Assembly (NCBI GenBank): GCA_049976365.1 | Contig: JBMFIJ010000001.1 | Coordinates: forward strand, 1 to 60,095 | From: Candidatus Aenigmatarchaeota archaeon | GTDB taxonomy: Archaea; Aenigmatarchaeota; Aenigmatarchaeia; CG10238-14; SpSt-28 | Length of the DNA: 60,095 nt | Direction: 5' to 3' | Shown: piece after piece, positions 44,582-54,208 of the stretch | How positions within the stretch are numbered: the first letter of the stretch is position 1 | Layout: each line of letters begins with the position of its first letter | The notes under the pieces: model-generated | Database searches by the model: none | Told to the model about the DNA's origin: nothing | What the model saw: the letters and a program-made list of their open reading frames with translations, nothing else | Program-made: the position numbers and the translations under genes

Positions 44582-45379
44582 TTATTTCACCTTTTCTAAA
44601 AATTCAATTGCTTTTTTACTAAAAATTGTTAGCCTTCCTGGCTTTCCACCAGGGGCTAGATGTTTAACTGATAAATCTTTAACTTTTACTACTTCACAAC
44701 CTGGCAAATTTTTAACAGCTTTTAATAATTTTTTATCGTCCATAACCACAAAAAGAATTCCAATTTTTTTCTTATACCTTCTTCCTCTCATTTTTCCTTT
44801 ACCAGCCCTAACTTTTTTCCCCTTTACTCTTTCTAACTCTTCTTCTAATCCTATCTTTTTTAGAAAATCAACTATTTCCTTGGTTTTTGAAATTTCCTCT
44901 ATCTTATCCTCAACGATAATAGGCAATTCTTTTATATTTTCAACTTTATGTCCTCTTTTGATAACTAAATCTTTTATAGAAGTTGCAGCTATTGCAGATT
45001 TGATTGCTTTCTTCCTCTCTTTCTCATTTATTTTCTGATACCAATCTTTTTCTGGTAATGGTGGGTGAGCTGGCCTACCCCCTTTAGTTTGAGGAGCTAT
45101 CCTAGCTTGCCAATGTAAAAAGGGAACAGTTTTTCCATGCAACCTTTGATGTCTAGCCATCTCCACGTTCATCATGGTATATCTAGTATGTCTTTCGCCA
45201 TGATAATGAGCTGATGTTCTTAATCCGGAAAGTTTATTAGGTCCATAAGGCTGTCTCTCATGACTCTTTATTGCTAAAAATGTTCTCAATATTAAATCTT
45301 CTCTTATTGGCTCTCTAAAAACGTTTGGTAATTCAATTTTTTCTATTTCTTTTCCATTTAAATCAATAACTGATACCAT
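44582..45379 (-). CDS. rpl4: 50S ribosomal protein L4 (uL4)
   Basis: 265 aa; SAHYHGERH...GGRPAHPP...RAGKGKMRGRRYKKK. Confidence 0.9.
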   Translation of the reverse strand: MVSVIDLNGKEIEKIELPNVFREPIREDLILRTFLAIKSHERQPYGPNKLSGLRTSAHYHGERHTRYTMMNVEMARHQRLHGKTVPFLHWQARIAPQTKGGRPAHPPLPEKDWYQKINEKERKKAIKSAIAATSIKDLVIKRGHKVENIKELPIIVEDKIEEISKTKEIVDFLKKIGLEEELERVKGKKVRAGKGKMRGRRYKKKIGILFVVMDDKKLLKAVKNLPGCEVVKVKDLSVKHLAPGGKPGRLTIFSKKAIEFLEKVK

Positions 45380-46357
45380 CTAGCTCACCACTATATTTTT
45401 TATTTCATAAGGAAGGAAAGGCGGTTCATTAGACCTTATAGCTTTTCTAATTAAAATTAGTCTCTTTTTACTTCCAGGAACAGAACCTTCAATAAGCAAA
45501 TAGTTAGATCTTAAAATTCCATATCTTTTAAATCCACCCTTCGGATTAATTTCTTTTCCATCTCCAATTTTCAAAATCCTTTTGTTTAATTCAGTTCTAA
45601 CTTGAAATCCCATTTGGCCAGCCATAGGAACAGTCCATCTTACTTTTCCAGGTCTTTCTTGACCCAAGCTACCAACATGTCTTCTTTTTTCTTTTGCTTT
45701 TCTTCCTTGTATTTTTATTCCAAATCTTTTAACTGGACCTTGAGTTCCTTTACCTTTTGTTACAGCTATAACATCAACTATTTCTCCTTCTTTAAAAATT
45801 TCACTTGCAGATAAATCTTTGCCTAAAATAGAGATTGCATAATTTATTTTTTCTTTGTTATCTTTTCCACCTATTTCAATTTCAAAAATTTCTGGCTTCT
45901 TCTTTCCAATTCCGCTTCTTTTAGGTTGAGTAGCAACAATTATTCTAACATTGCTAATTCTTTGCTCATTATTTTTTATCTCTTCTATTTTCTCTTGAGA
46001 GAAGTTTGATTTTATTTTAACTTTCCTTTCAATTTCTTTAGGTAGCTCTTTAGCATAGATTTCAGTTAATACTTTAAGTCCTTTTACAGTCTTTTGATAA
46101 AATCTCACACCAATTACTTTTAAAGGCGGTATTTCAAGAATTGTTGCTGGAATTGAAATTGTTTGGCCAAATGTTGGAGAATTTTTCCTATTATCTAAAG
46201 CCATTATATGAGCCATTCCAACTTTGTAGCCAGCAAAAGCTAATGGGATTAATTTTTCTACAGAAGGATAAGTAGTTATTCTTGGATAAATTCTTTTAGC
46301 CCTCTTTCTAGGATAAAATGCTAAGCTTCCTCTTCTCGATTTTTTTACTTCTGGCAT
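45380..46357 (-). CDS. rpl3: 50S ribosomal protein L3 (uL3)
   Basis: SRRGSLAFYPRKRA, GYKVGMAHI, VTKGKGTQGPVKRFG. Confidence 0.95.
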   Translation of the reverse strand: MPEVKKSRRGSLAFYPRKRAKRIYPRITTYPSVEKLIPLAFAGYKVGMAHIMALDNRKNSPTFGQTISIPATILEIPPLKVIGVRFYQKTVKGLKVLTEIYAKELPKEIERKVKIKSNFSQEKIEEIKNNEQRISNVRIIVATQPKRSGIGKKKPEIFEIEIGGKDNKEKINYAISILGKDLSASEIFKEGEIVDVIAVTKGKGTQGPVKRFGIKIQGRKAKEKRRHVGSLGQERPGKVRWTVPMAGQMGFQVRTELNKRILKIGDGKEINPKGGFKRYGILRSNYLLIEGSVPGSKKRLILIRKAIRSNEPPFLPYEIKNIVVS

Positions 46358-46403
46358 ATTTTCACCTTATTAAATCATTATAATTTAAGTTTTAAAATGA
46401 TTT

Positions 46404-46898
46404 ATGGATTGTGTTTTTTGTAAGATTGCTAGAAAAGAATTACCTAGTGAAATAGTCTATGAGGATGAAAAATTCGTAGCTTTCCTGGATATACATCCAA
46501 GAAGCAAAGGCATGACAATAATAGCTCCAAAAGAACATTTAACAAAAATAGATGAAATTCCAAAAGAAATTTTTGAGATCGCTATTAAGATTTCTGTTGC
46601 AATTCAAAAGGCTCTTTCTCCAAAAGCTATAAGCATAGCTTTAATGCCTTCCCAAATTGACCATATACATTTAAGAATTTATCCATATTTTGAGAACGAA
46701 ATACCTCTTATAGAAAACAAACCAATAGAGGTTACTAATGAAGAGTTAAAAGATATTGGCGAAAAAATTAGAGAAAACCTTCAAATTAAAAAGGAAGAAA
46801 TTACTGAAATTAAAAAGGAAGAGATAAAGGAAGATAAAAAAAGAGAAAGAAGCGAGGAAGAAACTTTTTGGATTAAGAGGGATTGGATGATAGCATAA
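46404..46898 (+). CDS. HIT-family (histidine triad) protein with a K/E-rich C-terminal tail
   Basis: CVFCKIARKELPSEIVYEDEKFVAFLDIHP...DHIHLRIYP. Confidence 0.8.
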   Translation: MDCVFCKIARKELPSEIVYEDEKFVAFLDIHPRSKGMTIIAPKEHLTKIDEIPKEIFEIAIKISVAIQKALSPKAISIALMPSQIDHIHLRIYPYFENEIPLIENKPIEVTNEELKDIGEKIRENLQIKKEEITEIKKEEIKEDKKRERSEEETFWIKRDWMIA

Positions 46899-46972
46899 AA
46901 ATTTTTTAAGAGGCAAATAAATATTAAATTAGTGAGTAAAAATTCTTTAATTACGAAATACTTGGGGGCAAT

Positions 46973-47086
46973 ATGGCTAAGGAGAAATTACCAGAACCAG
47001 AAGGAGTTTGTCCCTATTGCAACAAGCCTGTTTATGTTCATCTTTCTGAACATATTTTAATTTGCAAGATGGAAAGGTCTAAATAA
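46973..47086 (+). CDS. Candidate 37-aa zinc-finger miniprotein (below the ORF-track cutoff)
   Basis: MAKEKLPEPEGVCPYCNKPVYVHLSEHILICKMERSK: CxxC...H...H...C. A G-rich stretch precedes the ATG, and the ORF fills an otherwise empty 188-nt gap. Confidence 0.3.
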   Translation: MAKEKLPEPEGVCPYCNKPVYVHLSEHILICKMERSK

Positions 47087-47845
47087 TCATTCACTAACTC
47101 TGGGAGCTACTATCATAGAAATTCTAACTTTCCCCTCATACTTAAAATCTAATCTCATAGGATAATCTTGTGCAAACCTTATAACTACTTCATCTGAAAT
47201 TTTTGCAGATTTTAGCATTTTCTCAAGATAATCGAGCGGATATTTCGCCTTACTAGCTTCTTTAATTTGTAAATCTATTAAACCTTCATCTCCAGGTCTT
47301 AACTCTAATTCAGTTTGACTGACATCACCTTCTGCAGTTATTTTAAAAACATCTTTATCAGCAAAAAATGTTACAGCATCTGTTATTATGCTCGCATCTT
47401 TTATCGCATCTTCTAAGACATCAGGTTTCAAAACAACCTGAGCCTTAAATTCCAACTGTTCTATTGGCGGAATTTCCTCTCTTGATAATTCTAACAAAGG
47501 AACAGAAAATCTTCTTTTTGTTCCATCATGAATTGTAATTAAAATTTTATTATCTGCTAATTCTAATGAAAGCTTGTCAGAACCTCTTGCTCTCTTTAAC
47601 AAAGAGAGAAAGTTTGTTGTATTCAAACCAATTTCTTTTTCTTCCTTTACCTCATATTCTTCAAAAGCGTCTTTTGAAATTAAGAAATCTATAACAGCTA
47701 CCATTGCTCTATCCGCTGCAGTTAAACTTATTCCTTCTTTTCCAAACTTAAATATACCCTCATCAATAATTTCCGCTGTTGTTTCAATTGTTGTTATTAA
47801 AATTTCAGGTTCAGTTGTAGTAACTCTTATTGACATAAATATCAC
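47087..47845 (-). CDS. pcn: PCNA sliding clamp; start possibly 47836
   Basis: About 250 aa with a two-domain clamp pattern: FKFGKEGISLTAADRAMVAVIDF...LELADNKILI...DYPMRLDF. Confidence 0.8.
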   Translation of the reverse strand: MIFMSIRVTTTEPEILITTIETTAEIIDEGIFKFGKEGISLTAADRAMVAVIDFLISKDAFEEYEVKEEKEIGLNTTNFLSLLKRARGSDKLSLELADNKILITIHDGTKRRFSVPLLELSREEIPPIEQLEFKAQVVLKPDVLEDAIKDASIITDAVTFFADKDVFKITAEGDVSQTELELRPGDEGLIDLQIKEASKAKYPLDYLEKMLKSAKISDEVVIRFAQDYPMRLDFKYEGKVRISMIVAPRVSE

Positions 47846-47855
47846 TAATTAATAT

Positions 47856-48140
47856 TTAAGACAATCTTAAATATAAACTTTCTGTCTTTTTCCAAAGTTC
47901 TAAGTCTAAACCTTCCATATCTTGTATAAAATCTACAGTTAGTTCATCATCTATTTTACTACAAAAAACTTTTATTAAAGAGCCTTTTTCTATCTTAAAG
48001 TTGTTATTTATTTTTATTTTTCCTGTTTCGTCTGATAAAACTAAAAAGCCATTTCCTATATCCTCAACTTTCCCGATTAAGCATATTTTCTCATCATTTT
48101 CTTCTATGGATGCAACTTTTCTTGGTTGATAAAAATTCAT
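47856..48140 (-). CDS. Small OB-fold protein (possible RPA-associated subunit)
   Basis: 94 aa; KICLIGKVEDIGNGFLVLSDETGKIKI...GSLIKVFCSKIDD beta-barrel pattern. Adjacent to and co-oriented with pcna. Confidence 0.4.
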   Translation of the reverse strand: MNFYQPRKVASIEENDEKICLIGKVEDIGNGFLVLSDETGKIKINNNFKIEKGSLIKVFCSKIDDELTVDFIQDMEGLDLELWKKTESLYLRLS

Positions 48141-48155
48141 AAATTATTTTATGGT

Positions 48156-48167
48156 AAGCTTTATAAG
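48156..48167 (+). promoter_or_regulatory. BRE/TATA promoter of the thermosome gene; SD GGTGA at 48223-48227
   Basis: aagctttataag lies about 65 nt upstream of ATG 48232. GGTGA sits 4 nt before the ATG. Confidence 0.5.
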
Positions 48168-48231
48168 TTTTTAGTCTTAATATTTAATAGTTGTAATAAA
48201 AATAACTAATCAAACTTTTATAGGTGATAAT

Positions 48232-49881
48232 ATGCCACAACAAGCTTATGTAGCCCAAATAGGAGGTCAGCCAGTATTGATATTGCCAGAAGGTACTTTA
48301 AGATCTACAGGAAGAGATGCTCAAAAGAATAATATAGCTGCAGCCAAGGCAGTTGCTGATATAGTAAGAAGTACATTAGGACCAAAAGGAATGGATAAAA
48401 TGCTAGTAGATTCTATTGGAGACATAACAATAACTAATGATGGAGTAACAATCCTTGAAGAAATGGAAGTAGAGCATCCAGCTGCAAAAATGATGGTAGA
48501 AGTTGCTAAGACACAAAACGAAGAGGTTGGAGATGGAACAACAACAGCAGTAATATTGGCAGGAGAACTTTTGAAAAGAGCAGAAATTTTGTTAGATCAA
48601 GAAATACATCCAACAATAATAACAAAAGGTTACAAGCTTGCTAAGGAAGAGGCATTGAGAATTTTAGAAGAAATTGCAATTCCAATAGATATAAAAGATA
48701 CAGAAACTTTGAAAAAGATTGTTATAACAGCTATGTCGGGAAAAAGCGGAAAAGAAGCAGCACCAAAGTTAGCAGAAGTGATAATAGAAGCAGTAAGAAG
48801 TGTGGTAGAAGAAAAAAATGGAAAATTAAAGATAGATAAGGATAACATAAAAAGAGTTAAAAAACATGGCGCAGCTGTGGAAGAAACTCAATTGATTAAA
48901 GGAGTAATAGTAGATAAAGAAATAGTTCATCCTCAAATGCCAAAGAGCATAAAGAATGCAAAAATTGCTTTGCTTGACTGTCCATTAGAAATAGAAAAGA
49001 CAGAAACTGATGCACAAATAAGAATAACTTCCCCTGAGCAATTGCAAGCTTTTCTTGAACAAGAGCAAAAAATGCTAAAAGAAATGGTTAATAAGATTGC
49101 AAGCGTAGGAGCTAATGTTGTTTTTTGTGAGAAAGGAATTGATGATTTAGCTCAGCATTACTTAGCTAAGAAAGGAATAGCTGCTTGTAGAAGAATTAAG
49201 CGTTCAGATTTAGAAGCTTTAGCAAAAGCTACTGGAGCAAGAATTGTTAGCAATTTAGATGACCTTACAGAAAAAGATTTAGGGTATGCAGAATTAGTAG
49301 AAGAAAGAAAAATTGCAGGAGAAGCAATGACTTTTGTAACTGGTTGTAAGAATCCAAAATCAGTTACTATACTAGTAAGAGGTAGTACAGAACATGTAGT
49401 TGATGAAATAGATAGGAATATAGAAGACGGAATAGGTGCTTTAATTTCAGCCTTAGAAGTAGGAAAAGTTGTACCAGGTGCAGGGGCAATAGAAGCAGAA
49501 TTAGCAAAAAGAATAAGGGAGTTTGCAGAAAAGTTTTCAGGTAGAGAACAATTAGCAATTCAAGAATTTGCTAATTCGTTAGAAATAATTCCGAGGACAT
49601 TGGCAGAAAATGCTGGTCTAGATCCAATTGACATCTTAGTAGAATTAAGGGCAGCTCATGAGCATGGTAAAACCAATTATGGAGTAGATGTTTTCTCAGG
49701 AAAGATAGTAGACTCTCTAGAATTAGGAGTAGTAGAGCCATTGAAAGTAAAAACACAAGCTATAAAGACTGCTGCAGAAGCCGCAGAGATGATTTTAAGA
49801 ATAGATGACGTAATAGCAGCAAGTAAAATCGGTAAAGAAGAAAAAAGTAAAAAGTCAGAAAGTCCAAGCGAAGAATACTAA
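48232..49881 (+). CDS. ths: Thermosome (group II chaperonin) subunit
   Basis: [34 protein letters not shown]; 549 aa. Confidence 0.95.
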   Translation: MPQQAYVAQIGGQPVLILPEGTLRSTGRDAQKNNIAAAKAVADIVRSTLGPKGMDKMLVDSIGDITITNDGVTILEEMEVEHPAAKMMVEVAKTQNEEVGDGTTTAVILAGELLKRAEILLDQEIHPTIITKGYKLAKEEALRILEEIAIPIDIKDTETLKKIVITAMSGKSGKEAAPKLAEVIIEAVRSVVEEKNGKLKIDKDNIKRVKKHGAAVEETQLIKGVIVDKEIVHPQMPKSIKNAKIALLDCPLEIEKTETDAQIRITSPEQLQAFLEQEQKMLKEMVNKIASVGANVVFCEKGIDDLAQHYLAKKGIAACRRIKRSDLEALAKATGARIVSNLDDLTEKDLGYAELVEERKIAGEAMTFVTGCKNPKSVTILVRGSTEHVVDEIDRNIEDGIGALISALEVGKVVPGAGAIEAELAKRIREFAEKFSGREQLAIQEFANSLEIIPRTLAENAGLDPIDILVELRAAHEHGKTNYGVDVFSGKIVDSLELGVVEPLKVKTQAIKTAAEAAEMILRIDDVIAASKIGKEEKSKKSESPSEEY

Positions 49882-49884
49882 TCG

Positions 49885-49906
49885 TTTTTCTTCTTTTTTA
49901 TTTTTT
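49885..49906 (+). terminator. Oligo-T terminator after the thermosome gene
   Basis: Three T-runs (ttttt, tttttt, tttttt) within 25 nt of the stop. Confidence 0.35.
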
Positions 49907-49966
49907 GAAGAATACTTTTTCCATATTTTTAAACTCACATTTAAATAAGAAAAGCAATATAAAGTT

Positions 49967-50434
49967 ATGGAGGAAGAAAAGAAACAAGAAGAATATGAAT
50001 TAGTTCCCGTAACACCTTTGAGAAAATTAGAAAAAAGGATTGAGCAGCTAGAATCAAAGGTTGGAATTAATGAAAAGGAATTATACAAAGAAATAATTCA
50101 GATTGTTAGGATGAATCAAGAAATTGTAGATGCTTTAATTAAGGCAAATGATTCTCTAAGAATAGAACTTTCAAAATTGCCTTTAAAGATTGAAGAATTG
50201 ACTAATAAAATAAATGAACTTATAGAGCTTATAAAGGCTGCCGGAGAAGAGGAAGTAAAGCCAATTGCGGATAATAAACCTTTAATAGAGAAAATAGAGA
50301 AGTTAACTGAAATAAACAATAAGATTTTACAGAACAATGAAGCATTAATATCTTTGCTTGAAGATATATCGAGAAAATTAGCTAAGCCAACTTTGCCTGC
50401 ATTACCACCAAAGGTGCCTTTTCAAAAAGTATAG
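49967..50434 (+). CDS. Coiled-coil protein, first gene of the pilus locus
   Basis: 155 aa; heptad-rich with no TM. It ends 11 nt before the first pilin gene. Confidence 0.45.
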   Translation: MEEEKKQEEYELVPVTPLRKLEKRIEQLESKVGINEKELYKEIIQIVRMNQEIVDALIKANDSLRIELSKLPLKIEELTNKINELIELIKAAGEEEVKPIADNKPLIEKIEKLTEINNKILQNNEALISLLEDISRKLAKPTLPALPPKVPFQKV

Positions 50435-50445
50435 CGAAGAATTAG

Positions 50446-51078
50446 GTGGTTAAAATAAAGGCAGTTTCAGAAATAATTTCTGTAGTTATGATTGTAGTTA
50501 TTTCTATAGGTTTAATATCAGCAGCATATATGTATGGCTATCCTCTAATTCAGAAATCTCAGGATAAACCAGCATTAGAAAAAGCAATATCTTTTTTCGA
50601 TATTTACAATCCCTCTTCTTTACCAAAAAGAATAGAATTTATTGCTAATAATGGTGGAGAAGATTCTTTAACTCTAGATACCCAAGGAATTTGGGAAGTT
50701 CATCCTTATGATGAAAACAGCAATTTAAATAACTCAATAATTTTTTACTTTTTCACAAAAGTGACAAATATAAAGAGTAATCAGTTCATTTCTCTAACTC
50801 CTGGAGGAGAATGTCCACCAAAAGAAGGAATTGTTGGTTCAGACACATCTTATGTTGTTTGTATAAAGGGAGAACCAATTTTTGATGGAATAAACATAAC
50901 TTATGCCGTTTTCTTTAGAGGATTAAAAGCTCCAAGCGGAGAAACATATAAAATAGCTTTAACAACGCAAGATGGCGTTTTAAAGAGAAGTACAGGGAAA
51001 ACTTTAAGAATCATAAGAGATTCTATAGATAAGCTGGATAATCAAATAATTACAAAAATAAAAATTATTTTATCATGA
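50446..51078 (+). CDS. Archaeal type IV pilin-like protein (Pilin_N / DUF1628-type N-terminus)
   Basis: GTG start; MVKIKA/VSEIISVVMIVVISIGLISAAY class III signal. Confidence 0.65.
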   Translation: MVKIKAVSEIISVVMIVVISIGLISAAYMYGYPLIQKSQDKPALEKAISFFDIYNPSSLPKRIEFIANNGGEDSLTLDTQGIWEVHPYDENSNLNNSIIFYFFTKVTNIKSNQFISLTPGGECPPKEGIVGSDTSYVVCIKGEPIFDGINITYAVFFRGLKAPSGETYKIALTTQDGVLKRSTGKTLRIIRDSIDKLDNQIITKIKIILS

Positions 51079-51536
51079 AAGCCCAAACTCAAGTTATTCA
51101 ATTTGTCCTTTTTTTCATTTTGAGCTTTTCAATATTTTCTTTAATTTTAAATTTCTTCTATTCAAGTTCATTTTCATTTCAAGATAGAGTTTTAACTTTT
51201 CAAAGGGAAACACTAGCTTCTTACGTTTCAAGCTATGTTACTTATATTTGGGAGAATTGTCGATATTGTAACTCCTCTTTTTTTAAAATTGCCATACCTT
51301 CAAAACTTTCTGAAAATTATCATGATGTCTATTTTTCTAACAATATACTTTACATAAAAAGTCAACCTTTAGGTAAAGATTTTTCATCTTCATTGCACAA
51401 CATTAATCAAAGTGCAAGTTTTTCAGGCTATTTTTCTTCAGCTAATGTTTTTTCTTACGAAGGTTTAAACAAAACTTTTGCATTGACAAACCTTTCTTTT
51501 AATAAAATTCAAAATAAATTTAATATTGGTGGATAG
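51075..51536 (+). CDS. Pilin-like protein (class III signal peptide)
   Basis: MKA/QTQVIQFVLFFILSFSIFSLIL; overlaps the neighbouring genes by 4 and 11 nt. Confidence 0.5.
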   Translation: MKAQTQVIQFVLFFILSFSIFSLILNFFYSSSFSFQDRVLTFQRETLASYVSSYVTYIWENCRYCNSSFFKIAIPSKLSENYHDVYFSNNILYIKSQPLGKDFSSSLHNINQSASFSGYFSSANVFSYEGLNKTFALTNLSFNKIQNKFNIGG

Positions 51537-53310
51537 CTTGGTTTTAGGTAGAAAAATTTTCAATAAAATGGTAAAGGGGTATAAAAAAGTTAGTCAAAAA
51601 GAGGTTAAAGAAGTTGAAGGAATTGAAAAAGAGGCTAAAGAGTTGGAAGTTCCTATTAAAATAAAAACAGAGCCAATAATTCCAAAAGTAATTCCAATTC
51701 AAATTCCAGTAAGCATAGAAAGTAAAGAAGAAAAGACTAAAGAAGAGATAAAAATAGAGGGTTTGCCTTTGCCCAAATCTTTAAGAGTAGTTCCAGCAAA
51801 GGTAGAAATCGTAGAGAAAGAATTTACATTGACTTATCCATTAATTCCAAGAGAGCCTAAGAAAGAAGAGAAAATTTTTGCTTATGCAAAAATTTATTGG
51901 AGCAAAGAAAGACAAAGCTACTTTTATGAAGTTGTAGAGCCGAAGATTGACGAAAAGTTAAAAACAGTAATAAAAAATATAAAAGAGCTTTTAGAACAAA
52001 GGCTTGATGTAGATCTTTCTAAGCTTAACATTCTAAAAGCCAAAGAGTATCTATCTTACCATATAAATGACATAATAAAATATTTTAAATTTAGGCTCTC
52101 TGAAGAAGAAGTAGAAATTTTGAAGTATTACATAGAAAGAGATTTTCTTGGATTGGGAAAAATAGAACCATTGATGAAAGATCCAAACATAGAAGATATA
52201 AGTTGCGATGGAGTTAATATACCAATTTATGTTTTTCATAGAGATCCTAGGCTTGGTTCAATTCCAACAAACATAATTTTTGAAGATCCAGAAGAGCTAG
52301 ATTCTTTTATAATAAAGCTTGCCCAAATTGCTGGAAAATCCATTTCTGTAGCGGAGCCGCTCGTTAACGGCACTCTACCTGATGGCTCAAGATTACAAGC
52401 AACTTTAGGGACTGATATAGCAAGAAGAGGAAGCAATTTTACTTTAAGAAAATTCATGGAAGAACCCTTAACTCCAATACATTTACTAAAATATGGGACT
52501 GTTGATGAAAGAGTTTTAGCATATCTTTGGATGGCCGTTGATTTTGGTAGAAGTATGTTAATTTCTGGTGGAACCGCGAGTGGTAAAACAACAATGCTAA
52601 ACGTTCTTTCTTTGTTCATAAGGCCAGATAAAAAAATAATTTCAATAGAAGATACAGCGGAAATAATGTTGCCGCATCCTCATTGGGTTTCCACAGTAGC
52701 TAGAACACCAATTTCTACGGGAAAGCAAGGAGAGATAGATTTATTTCAATTATTGAAGGAAAGCTTAAGGCAAAGACCAGATTATATTATTGTGGGAGAA
52801 GTAAGAGGACCAGAGGCCTATGTCTTATTCCAACAAATAGCTACTGGACATCCTTCATTAGCGACAATTCATTCTGAAAATCTAAGCAAGCTTATAGATA
52901 GGCTAACTACTCCACCAATTTCTTTACCAGAAGGTTTGATAGGAAATTTGGATTTAGTAGTTTTCATGCAAAGAATGAAATACAGAGAAAAATTTGTAAG
53001 AAGAGTAACAGAAGTTATAGAGATAGTTGGTTTTCCTAAAGGAGAAAAAATGCCAATAATTAATCAAATTTTTAAATGGGATCCATTTAGAGACGTTTTT
53101 GAAATAGGAGAGAAAAGTGTAGTCCTTAAAAGAATTTCTCAAACAACGGGTTTGAGCGAAAAAGAAGTTATAGAAGAGTTTCAAAGAAGAGTTGCAATTC
53201 TAAGGTGGATGAAAGAAAAAAATATAATTAACTATAAAGATGTTTTTACCATTTTTTCCGCCTACTACACAATGCCAAATAGAGTTTTAGCTTTAATAGA
53301 AAGTGGATGA
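51526..53310 (+). CDS. Type IV pilus/archaellum assembly ATPase (FlaI/ArlI-PilB, VirB11 superfamily)
   Basis: Walker A ISGGTASGKTT, Walker B PDYIIVGEVRG, His box SLATIHS, N-terminal FlaI-like YFYEVVEP. Confidence 0.9.
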   Translation: MVDSLVLGRKIFNKMVKGYKKVSQKEVKEVEGIEKEAKELEVPIKIKTEPIIPKVIPIQIPVSIESKEEKTKEEIKIEGLPLPKSLRVVPAKVEIVEKEFTLTYPLIPREPKKEEKIFAYAKIYWSKERQSYFYEVVEPKIDEKLKTVIKNIKELLEQRLDVDLSKLNILKAKEYLSYHINDIIKYFKFRLSEEEVEILKYYIERDFLGLGKIEPLMKDPNIEDISCDGVNIPIYVFHRDPRLGSIPTNIIFEDPEELDSFIIKLAQIAGKSISVAEPLVNGTLPDGSRLQATLGTDIARRGSNFTLRKFMEEPLTPIHLLKYGTVDERVLAYLWMAVDFGRSMLISGGTASGKTTMLNVLSLFIRPDKKIISIEDTAEIMLPHPHWVSTVARTPISTGKQGEIDLFQLLKESLRQRPDYIIVGEVRGPEAYVLFQQIATGHPSLATIHSENLSKLIDRLTTPPISLPEGLIGNLDLVVFMQRMKYREKFVRRVTEVIEIVGFPKGEKMPIINQIFKWDPFRDVFEIGEKSVVLKRISQTTGLSEKEVIEEFQRRVAILRWMKEKNIINYKDVFTIFSAYYTMPNRVLALIESG

Positions 53311-54176
53311 AAATGATATCAAAATATGCTTTTAGACTTTTTGGTGATTTTGCGAAAAACCTTGAACCTTATTTTCCGGAGCTAAAAGAAGAATTAAAGA
53401 AGGCAGATTTAAAATTTTCCGCTCAAGAATACATAGCAAACACTCTCTTTGTTTCCTTTCTGTCTTTTTTGGTTTGTTTACCATTTCTAGCTTTATCCTT
53501 TTCTGTAGCTTCAGGAAATTTTCTTTTAGCTTATACTTCTTCAATAACTGTTGCAATTATTTTGCCTATTAGCGTTTTTTTTATTTATCTAAATTATCCA
53601 AAATCAATAATAAAAGACAGAGAAAAGAAAATAGATCAATATTTGCCCTTTTCAACTTTATATCTTTCTTCCATTTTAAGCTCTGGCATACCACTTTCTA
53701 AAGCTTTCAAAATATTTGTTGAATTCAGCACCCACGAAAGCATTGTTAATGAAATTAAAAAAATAATTAACGACATAGAATTTTTTGGCTTAGATATTGT
53801 TACAGCTTTAGAAAGGGCTATAGTTAGAACCCCTTCAAGAAAATTCAGAGAGTTTCTTTATGGTATGCTAGCAACAATAAGAGCCGGTGGAAACTTACAT
53901 GTTTTTGTTAAAGAGAGAAGCAGCGAATATATGCTTGATTATAAGAGAAAACTTTCAGAATTTTCTCACAGTATGACAATTTATACTGAAATTTACTTAA
54001 TTTCAATTGTCTTAGGAACAGTATTTTTCGTCATTCTAACTTCAGTAATTTCTGCCATAGGAGGAGCAACTCAAAGCATTATTCCAATGCAAATTTTTAT
54101 GATTTTTGTTTTCTTACCAGTTATCTCTTCTCTTTTTCTTTTTCTAGTAAAAAGAGCTACACCAGCCTGGGACTAA
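53307..54176 (+). CDS. T2SSF-domain platform protein, first half (TadB/FlaJ-like)
   Basis: 289 aa; a cytoplasmic helical domain flanked by TM helices (LPFSTLYLSSILSSGIPLSKAFKIF). ATGA overlap with the ATPase gene. Confidence 0.7.
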   Translation: MKMISKYAFRLFGDFAKNLEPYFPELKEELKKADLKFSAQEYIANTLFVSFLSFLVCLPFLALSFSVASGNFLLAYTSSITVAIILPISVFFIYLNYPKSIIKDREKKIDQYLPFSTLYLSSILSSGIPLSKAFKIFVEFSTHESIVNEIKKIINDIEFFGLDIVTALERAIVRTPSRKFREFLYGMLATIRAGGNLHVFVKERSSEYMLDYKRKLSEFSHSMTIYTEIYLISIVLGTVFFVILTSVISAIGGATQSIIPMQIFMIFVFLPVISSLFLFLVKRATPAWD

Positions 54177-54208
54177 TTCAATTTTAATTATTAAGCTAAA
54201 ATAATTTC

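Noticed and set aside
54177-54208. The possibility that the two T2SSF genes are one frameshifted pseudogene.
   Set aside because: Each ORF has its own start and a complete domain with flanking TM helices. The 32-nt spacer contains a clean stop and is AT-rich like other intergenic spacers.
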